Assembly: GCA_046263035.1 (NCBI GenBank)
Contig: JBHELP010000051.1
Span: 1-38,877 of the forward strand
Direction: 5' to 3'
Source of the DNA: Candidatus Dormibacteria bacterium
GTDB taxonomy: Bacteria; Chloroflexota; Dormibacteria; Aeolococcales; Aeolococcaceae
Length of the DNA: 38,877 bases
The first letter of the stretch is position 1. Each line of letters opens with the position of its first letter. The position numbers and the translations under genes are program-made. Shown piece by piece: positions 32,983 through 38,877 of the stretch. Under the pieces are notes generated by a model. The model saw only the letters and a list, made by a program, of their open reading frames with translations, searched no databases and was not told the DNA's origin.

Positions 32983-34106
32983 GCATCGGAGAGTTCCACA
33001 TCATCGAGTCCACCCTCCGCGAGGGTGAGCAGTTTGCCCTGGGCCATTTCACCCAGGAGCAGAAGATGCTCATCGCGCAACGCCTCGACGACGTCGGCGT
33101 GGAGTACATCGAGCTCACCTCGCCCTCGGCGTCGCCGCAATCGGAATCCGACGTCCGGGCCATCGCCGCCATGCCGCTGCATACCAAGGTGCTCACCCAC
33201 ACGCGTTGCCACATCGACGATGCCACCCTGGCCGCCGCGACGGGCGTCGACGGCATCGACGTCCTCTTCGGTACCTCCGCCCAGATGCGCACCAACTCCC
33301 ATGGACGCAGCATCGACCAGATCATCGAGCAGGGCACCGAGGTGGTCCGCTTCATTCAGAGCAGGGGTCTGGAGGTCCGCTTCAGCAGCGAGGACTCGTT
33401 CCGGTCCGACCCCGACGACCTGGTGAAGATCTATCGCGCCATCGGCAAGCTGAATCCGGACCGGGTCGGCATCGCCGACACCGTGGGCATCGCCACTCCC
33501 AACCAGGTCACCGACCTCGTTCGCATGGTCCGCCGGGAGGTCGAGTGCGACATCGAGTTCCATGTTCACAATGACACGGGTTGCGCCGTGGCCAACGCGT
33601 ACGCCGCCCTGGAGGCGGGGGTTACGCACGTCGACACGACGGTGCTGGGCATCGGCGAGCGCAACGGCATCGTCCCGCTGACGGGCATGATCGCGCGTCT
33701 GCTCTCGGTCCAACCGGAGCTGGTGGAGCACTACGCTCTGCACCTGCTTCCCGACATCGATCGCATGGTTGCCGACATGGTGGGCATCGAGGTGCCGTTC
33801 AACGCCGCCATCACCAGCGACACCGCCTTCCATCACAAGGCCGGGCTGCACACCAAGGCGGTGCTCAACGATCCCGGTACCTACGAGATCTTCGACCCGG
33901 CCCGCTTCGGGCTCACCCGGACGGTGATGGCGGGAAGCCGCCTCACCGGGCGCAACGCGATCAGCGGCCGGGCGGCCGCCCTCGGGGTCGAGCTGGATGA
34001 TGACAAGCTGCGCACCGTGACCGAGGAGATCAAGCGACGCGCGGACGAGCGACCACTCACCGACCACGAGCTGGACGAGCTGCTGCGCAGCTGGCTCGAG
34101 GCATGA
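32979..34106 (+). CDS. hcs: homocitrate synthase
   Basis: 375 aa from ATG32979 (ATGA overlap). [48 protein letters not shown] and LGIGERNG. It lacks the LeuA C-terminal regulatory domain, and its size matches Thermus-type HCS. Confidence 0.85.
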   Translation: MSIGEFHIIESTLREGEQFALGHFTQEQKMLIAQRLDDVGVEYIELTSPSASPQSESDVRAIAAMPLHTKVLTHTRCHIDDATLAAATGVDGIDVLFGTSAQMRTNSHGRSIDQIIEQGTEVVRFIQSRGLEVRFSSEDSFRSDPDDLVKIYRAIGKLNPDRVGIADTVGIATPNQVTDLVRMVRREVECDIEFHVHNDTGCAVANAYAALEAGVTHVDTTVLGIGERNGIVPLTGMIARLLSVQPELVEHYALHLLPDIDRMVADMVGIEVPFNAAITSDTAFHHKAGLHTKAVLNDPGTYEIFDPARFGLTRTVMAGSRLTGRNAISGRAAALGVELDDDKLRTVTEEIKRRADERPLTDHELDELLRSWLEA

Positions 34107-34146
34107 ACATGATTCGGGGCTTGCCCCGTGCGGAGGTATGCAGAAC

Positions 34147-35460
34147 ATGGGGACACTGACCGAGGAGATCTTCTCTCGCAGGCTTGGGCGCACCGTGCAC
34201 GCCGGCGAGACGGTGGTGGCGCCGGTCGACTACGCGATGTCTCATGACGGGACCAGCCCGCTGGCCATCCAGGCCTTTCGCCAGGTTGGCGAACGAGTCT
34301 GGGATCCGGAGCGGGTCATCCTTGTCTTCGACCATATACAGCCGGCCAACACGGTGGCCGCCGCCACCATCCACAAGAGCATCCGCGAGTTCCAGCAGGA
34401 GCAGGGAATCACGCATCTCTTCCAGGAGGGCATCTGCCACCAGCTGATGGTGGAGAAGGGCCTGGCCCGGCCGGGATCGATCATCGTCGGTGCCGATTCC
34501 CACACCACCACCTACGGCGCCGTGGGGTGCTTCGCCGCCGGCATGGGGTCCACCGACATCGGCGTCGTCTACGCCACTGGACGCACATGGTTCCGCATTC
34601 CGGAGACCCTGCGCATCAGTGTGCATGGCGAGCTGCCCTCTGGCGTGTATCCCAAGGATCTCTCACTTCACGTGATTCGCCGCATGGGTTCCGAGGGAGC
34701 CAACTACATGGCCGTGGAGTGGGGCGGCGAGGTTGTGGAGGGGCTGAGCATCGACCAGCGCATGACCCTCACCAACATGGCGGTGGACTTCGGGGCCAAG
34801 AACGGAGTCATCGAGCCCGACGAGACCACACGGCGGTACCTCGGTGACGCTGAACCTGCCGATCTTCATCCCGTCAACCCCACCTACGCCCAGGTGATCG
34901 ACATCGATGCCGGGACCATCCAGCCGCAGCTCGCATTCCCTCCGTCCATTGACAACGTACAGGACCTCGATACTGTCGAGGGCGTGCAGCTTGACGAGGT
35001 CTTCATCGGCAGCTGCACCAACGGCAGGTTGGAGGATCTGGCCATTGTTGCCGGATACTTCGAGGGCCGCCAGGTGGACCCAAGGACACGGACCCTGGTG
35101 GTGCCGGCCTCGCGCGACATCTACCTGGAGGCATTGCGAGCCGGATACATCGAGACCTTCATCAACGCCGGCGCCACGGTGATGAATGCGGGCTGCGGGC
35201 CCTGCCTGGGGCGCCAGCACGGCGTCCTCGCCCCGGGGGAGCGGGCGCTGAGCACCAGCAACCGCAATTACCCTGGGCGGATGGGCAGCCCGGAGGCCGA
35301 GATCTACCTCTCCAGCCCAGCTGTGGCAGCGGCTTCCGCGCTGGCCGGGGCGATCGCCGACCCTCGGCGGATGGACCCCGGGAGCTCGCCCCCCTCACCC
35401 TTCGATGGTGCGGCCACCCCACCGGCGCCGGCGCAGTCCGGCAGGGTGGGGCTGAACTGA
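34147..35460 (+). CDS. hacA: homoaconitase large subunit (LeuC/HacA family)
   Basis: MGTLTEEIFSRRLGR starts 10 nt after GGAGG; the alternative ATG34138 is only 1 nt from it. GADSHTTTYGA, FIGSCTNGR, GCGPCLG and STSNRNYPGRMG. Confidence 0.85.
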   Translation: MGTLTEEIFSRRLGRTVHAGETVVAPVDYAMSHDGTSPLAIQAFRQVGERVWDPERVILVFDHIQPANTVAAATIHKSIREFQQEQGITHLFQEGICHQLMVEKGLARPGSIIVGADSHTTTYGAVGCFAAGMGSTDIGVVYATGRTWFRIPETLRISVHGELPSGVYPKDLSLHVIRRMGSEGANYMAVEWGGEVVEGLSIDQRMTLTNMAVDFGAKNGVIEPDETTRRYLGDAEPADLHPVNPTYAQVIDIDAGTIQPQLAFPPSIDNVQDLDTVEGVQLDEVFIGSCTNGRLEDLAIVAGYFEGRQVDPRTRTLVVPASRDIYLEALRAGYIETFINAGATVMNAGCGPCLGRQHGVLAPGERALSTSNRNYPGRMGSPEAEIYLSSPAVAAASALAGAIADPRRMDPGSSPPSPFDGAATPPAPAQSGRVGLN

Positions 35461-35954
35461 TGAGCAGCGTCATCAAGGTGGGCGATGCCATCAGCACCGA
35501 CACGATCATCCCGGGCCGGTACAACATCACCACCGACCTCGAGGCGTTGGGCCGGGCCGCCTTCATCGAGTACCGCCCAGACTACGCCGAGCTGGTCAAG
35601 CCCGGTGACGTCCTTGTCGCCGGCCGTAATTTCGGGTGCGGCAGCTCGCGCGAGCACGCTCCGCTGGCCATCAAGGCGAGCGGCATCTCCGTGGTGGTGG
35701 CTCGCACCTTCGCCCGCATCTTCTATCGGAACGCCGTCAACATCGGCCTGCCGGTCATTGTCTGCGACCCCGTCTATGACGCGGTCAGCGAGGGGGATCC
35801 GATCGAGGTGGATATCGCCACGGGAACCATCAATGCCGGTGGCCGGACGTTCACCGGGGAGCGCCCCTCGGGCGTCGCCCTGCAGATCATCGAGGCCGGC
35901 TCGCTGACGCAGCTGCTGCGGACCCAGGGCTGGGCCGCCATCAAGGAGGGATGA
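35460..35954 (+). CDS. hacB: homoaconitase small subunit (LeuD/HacB family)
   Basis: 164 aa with a TGATG overlap. [11 protein letters not shown] and [14 protein letters not shown]. Confidence 0.85.
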   Translation: MSSVIKVGDAISTDTIIPGRYNITTDLEALGRAAFIEYRPDYAELVKPGDVLVAGRNFGCGSSREHAPLAIKASGISVVVARTFARIFYRNAVNIGLPVIVCDPVYDAVSEGDPIEVDIATGTINAGGRTFTGERPSGVALQIIEAGSLTQLLRTQGWAAIKEG

Positions 35955-35956
35955 CC

Positions 35957-36124
35957 ATGCAGAAGGAGTGCCCCGAATGTGCCGCCGTGGTGCTGCTCAA
36001 GGATGATGTCGAGAAGGGGGAGATAGTGTCGTGCGCCGAATGCGGCGCCGACCTCGAGGTGGTCGAGGTTGCTCCGGTGCAGCTGGCGCCGGCTCCCCCC
36101 GAGGACGAGGATTGGGGTGAATGA
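35957..36124 (+). CDS. lysW: amino-group carrier protein LysW
   Basis: 55 aa, so absent from the ORF track. [55 protein letters not shown] has a CxxC...CxxC zinc ribbon and the hallmark C-terminal EDWGE. GGAGG lies 7 nt upstream. An alternative ATG35951 overlaps the hacB stop. Confidence 0.85.
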   Translation: MQKECPECAAVVLLKDDVEKGEIVSCAECGADLEVVEVAPVQLAPAPPEDEDWGE

Positions 36125-36179
36125 CGGTGTGGGTGGCTCCACAGCGTGGTGAGCGCGCGCTCGGAGACGGGTAGGACGC

Positions 36180-37019
36180 ATGAGAGTGGGAGTCCTGTGC
36201 TCACGGGTGCGGGTCGAGGAGAAGCTGCTCCTGGAGGCCCTCGAGCGGCGAGGCGTCGATGTGTGCCGCGTCGACGACCGTGAGGCGGTGCTGGACATCA
36301 CGAGCCCATGGCAGGGTTATGACGTGATACTCGAGCGCTGCCTGCAGCACTCGAGAGCGCTGTACGCGCTGGGAATCCTCAACGCGTGGGGGATCCCGAC
36401 GGTGAACTCCTATGACGTTGCGCTGGTCTGCGGCGACAAGGCGCATACCAGCGTCGCCCTCCATTCGGAGGGAGTGCCCATGCCGCGCACCATGGTGGCC
36501 TTCACACCCGAGTCGGCGCTGACCGCAATCGAGACACTCGGCTACCCGGTGGTGTTGAAGCCCACCGTGGGGTCCTGGGGGCGCCTGCTCGCCAAGGTAT
36601 CCGACCGCGATGCCGCCGAGGCCATCCTCGAACACAAGCAGACGCTGGGCTCCTATCAGCACGGCATCTTCTACGTTCAGGAGCACATCGACAAGCCCGG
36701 TCGTGACATTCGGGCCTTCGTCGTGGGTGACGAGACCATCTGTGCCGTCTATCGCGAATCCCGGCACTGGATAACCAACACCGCCCGTGGCGCGACGACC
36801 AGCAACTGCCCGGTCACGCCCGAGCTGGAGGGCATCTCCCGCGACGCCGCGCGTGCGGTCGGCGGCGGCGTGCTGGCGGTGGACCTCTTCGAGCAGGACG
36901 GTGGCTACCTCGTCAGTGAGGTGAACTACACCATGGAGTTTCGCAACAGCATTGACGTCACCGGCGTGGACATCCCTGCACGGATTGCCGACCACGCGCT
37001 GGCGGTGGCCGCCGGCTGA
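36180..37019 (+). CDS. lysX: [LysW]-aminoadipate ligase LysX (RimK-type ATP-grasp)
   Basis: 279 aa. N-terminus [28 protein letters not shown]-grasp core ([25 protein letters not shown]), and its position next to lysW. Confidence 0.85.
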   Translation: MRVGVLCSRVRVEEKLLLEALERRGVDVCRVDDREAVLDITSPWQGYDVILERCLQHSRALYALGILNAWGIPTVNSYDVALVCGDKAHTSVALHSEGVPMPRTMVAFTPESALTAIETLGYPVVLKPTVGSWGRLLAKVSDRDAAEAILEHKQTLGSYQHGIFYVQEHIDKPGRDIRAFVVGDETICAVYRESRHWITNTARGATTSNCPVTPELEGISRDAARAVGGGVLAVDLFEQDGGYLVSEVNYTMEFRNSIDVTGVDIPARIADHALAVAAG

Positions 37020-37116
37020 TGCGCACCCACAGCGTTCCCGCCATACGCGGTAGATCCTTCACGCCTCCTCGACAACGGGTTCACCGCCGCGGATCGGTCT
37101 CGCGGCGGCGGCTCGC

Positions 37117-38154
37117 GTGAGCCGCGCCGACGGTCTGGAGCTGCTGGAGGGAATGCTGCGTATTCCCAGTGAGAGCGGCGACGAGGATCGCATTGGCGAA
37201 TGGCTGGTGCAGAGACTGACCGCGCTGGGGTTCGAAAGCAGGCGGGACGCCGCCGGCAACGTGCACGGCGTATGGGGAGAGGGCCCGACCGATGTGGTGC
37301 TGCTGGGCCACATGGACACCGTCCCGGGTCACATCGATGTTCGCTACGAAGATGGCCGTCTCTTCGGCCGCGGTTCGGTGGATGCCAAGGGGCCCCTGGC
37401 GGCGGCCATCTGCGCGGTGGGGCGCCAGCCGGTGGCGGGTTCGCATCGCTTTACGGTCATCGGAGCGGTGGAGGAGGAAAGGAGCTCGCGAGGGGCCCGT
37501 CATCTCACCGCCCGGCCCGGCCCCGATCACCTTGTGGTGCTCGAGCCCAGCGGCTGGGACGGCGTGACGCTTGGCTACAAGGGGAGTCTGCGCGTGGGAT
37601 ATCGGCTGGCCCAGCCGAAGGGCCATGGGGCGGGACGGGAGCCCAGTGCCGGTGACCGGGCCGTCGAGTTCATCCGCCGGGCGCAGGAGCATGCCGCGGC
37701 GATCAATGAGGGTGCAAGCCTGTTCGAGCGGCTCGACGTCCGGGTGCTCCACCTGGAGATGGCCGGAGACGGATTGGAGGAGGTGGCCACCGCCGCCCTG
37801 GGCTTCCGGCTGCCTCCTGGTAGCGACGCCGACGTCCTCATGGGCCGGCTCGAGCTCTGGCGTGGGGAGGCGGTCCTCGAGTGTCATGGCGTCGAGCCGC
37901 CGGTGCGGGCCTCCAAGTCGACCCCGCTGGCCCGCGCCTTCGTCCAGGCCATCAGGGCTCAGGGCGGCCTGCCGAGGTACAAGCTGAAGACGGGGACCAG
38001 CGACATGAACATCCTGGCGCCGGCCTGGGGCTGTCCGAGCCTGGCATACGGCCCCGGCGAGTCCGCTCTGGACCACACTCCGGGGGAATCCGTGGATATC
38101 GACGAGTGGACACGGGGAGTGGACGTTCTCACCACGGCGCTCAGCTCGCTGTGA
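37117..38154 (+). CDS. lysK: [LysW]-lysine hydrolase LysK (M20 ArgE/DapE family)
   Basis: 345 aa with a GTG start. LLGHMDTVPG, SVDAKG, EEE(R)SS and TGTSDMN metal/active-site patterns. The lys assignment comes from context. Confidence 0.75.
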   Translation: MSRADGLELLEGMLRIPSESGDEDRIGEWLVQRLTALGFESRRDAAGNVHGVWGEGPTDVVLLGHMDTVPGHIDVRYEDGRLFGRGSVDAKGPLAAAICAVGRQPVAGSHRFTVIGAVEEERSSRGARHLTARPGPDHLVVLEPSGWDGVTLGYKGSLRVGYRLAQPKGHGAGREPSAGDRAVEFIRRAQEHAAAINEGASLFERLDVRVLHLEMAGDGLEEVATAALGFRLPPGSDADVLMGRLELWRGEAVLECHGVEPPVRASKSTPLARAFVQAIRAQGGLPRYKLKTGTSDMNILAPAWGCPSLAYGPGESALDHTPGESVDIDEWTRGVDVLTTALSSL

Positions 38155-38877
38155 TCACCGCCGCCGTCGTCGGAGCCTCCGGATACACGGGGGGAGAGCT
38201 GTTGCGTCTCCTGCTGGGCCATCCCGAGGTCGAGGTGACCCAGATCACCTCGGAGCGGCTGGGCGGCCGGCAGGCCACCACGGCACACCCCCACCTCCGG
38301 GGTCGCACCGATCTCCTCTTCCGCCCTCGCAGCGAGCTGGGCGTCGCCGACATCATCTTCGTCACCCTGCGGCACGGCGAATCCAGTCGCGACCTTGACG
38401 CTCTCGCCGCCAGGTCCACGACCATCGTCGACCTCGCCGCCGATTTCCGGCTTCGCGATTCGCGCGATTATCCGCGGTGGTACGGCTGGGAACACCCGGC
38501 CCCGCAACGCCTCCACGACTTCGTCTATGGGGTCGCCGAGCTCCACCGCGACGAGCTGCGCGGGACCGACCGAATAGCCACCGGCGGCTGCCTTGCCACC
38601 GCAACCATCCTCGGCCTGCACCCGCTTGTCGCGGGGGGCCTGGTCAACCTGGCGATGCCGGTGACTGTGGAGGCCAAGGTGGGCTCCTCCGCGGCGGGCG
38701 CTCAGTCCAGCGCGGCCTCTCACCATCCCCACCGCAGCCGCGAGATGCGGTCGTTCGCACCGACGGGCCATCGTCATACCGCGGAGATCCTCCAGGAGCT
38801 CAACCTCACCCGCGTCACTCCTGGAGTTGCCTTTTCCGCCACGGCGGTGGAGGCTGTGCGCGGTGTCCTGGTGACCG
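38151..38877 (+). CDS. lysY: [LysW]-aminoadipate 6-phosphate reductase LysY (ArgC family), 3'-truncated by window
   Basis: My own translation from GTG38151 (GTGA overlap with the lysK stop) reads VITAAVVGASGYTGGELLRLLLGHPEVEV...ATGGCLATATIL...FSATAVEAVRG. The frame stays open to the window end, so it is not in the ORF track. Confidence 0.85.
   Translation, partial: MITAAVVGASGYTGGELLRLLLGHPEVEVTQITSERLGGRQATTAHPHLRGRTDLLFRPRSELGVADIIFVTLRHGESSRDLDALAARSTTIVDLAADFRLRDSRDYPRWYGWEHPAPQRLHDFVYGVAELHRDELRGTDRIATGGCLATATILGLHPLVAGGLVNLAMPVTVEAKVGSSAAGAQSSAASHHPHRSREMRSFAPTGHRHTAEILQELNLTRVTPGVAFSATAVEAVRGVLVT

Noticed and set aside
32904-34193. 429-aa minus-strand ORF
   Set aside because: Antisense to hcs.
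37081-38076. 331-aa minus-strand ORF
   Set aside because: Antisense to lysK.
1-38877. CRISPR arrays, IS elements, prophage or toxin-antitoxin/defence modules
   Set aside because: I saw no regularly spaced repeats, transposase/integrase-like ORFs, terminal inverted repeats or compositional islands. The only AT-richer patches are short intergenic regulatory regions.

Overview
This is a very GC-rich bacterial chromosomal window (by eye about 70% GC, with third codon positions almost all G/C). I saw no mobile elements or CRISPR arrays. Gene content suggests a deep-branching high-GC Gram-positive (Actinomycetota-like) lineage: DUF3151, a class-F-like sortase, an Rv1284-like beta-carbonic anhydrase, and a tig/clpP/clpX/valS backbone.

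Layout, left to right:
- 97-2887 (+): Tim44-like membrane protein, two small membrane ORFs, a sortase and DUF3151.
- 3120-7070 (-): tRNA-Thr(CGU), then a canA-bioF-bioD::bioA operon.
- 7361-10375 (+): leuS and a stand-alone receiver-domain response regulator.
- 10351-13788 (-): two GT-C (GT39/PMT_2-like) glycosyltransferases and a small ORF.
- 13951-15374 (+): tRNA-Leu(UAG) and tig.
- 15371-18363 (-): two more GT-C-type membrane proteins, wedged between tig and clpP.
- 18444-22204 (+): clpP (single copy, tailed), clpX, a hypothetical protein, and a CooC-like ATPase.
- 22270-30446 (+): valS, start/stop-overlapped with a zinc-ribbon membrane protein. A 32-nt gap follows, then four polytopic membrane proteins and maf, linked by three start/stop overlaps and one 22-nt gap. 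Two of the four look like degenerate complex-I/Mrp/Hyf antiporter-like subunits.
- 30464-31435 (+): DUF11 lipoprotein.
- 31741-38877 (+): LysW-type alpha-aminoadipate lysine cluster (leuB-type dehydrogenase, hcs, hacA, hacB, lysW, lysX, lysK, partial lysY). It is preceded by a roughly 300-nt AT-richer leader that ends in a strong intrinsic terminator.

Two themes recur: ATGA/GTGA/TGATG start-stop overlaps between adjacent genes, and TAnnnT hexamers 7-9 nt upstream of start codons (leaderless-type geometry). All homology calls come from reading motifs by eye; no searches were run.
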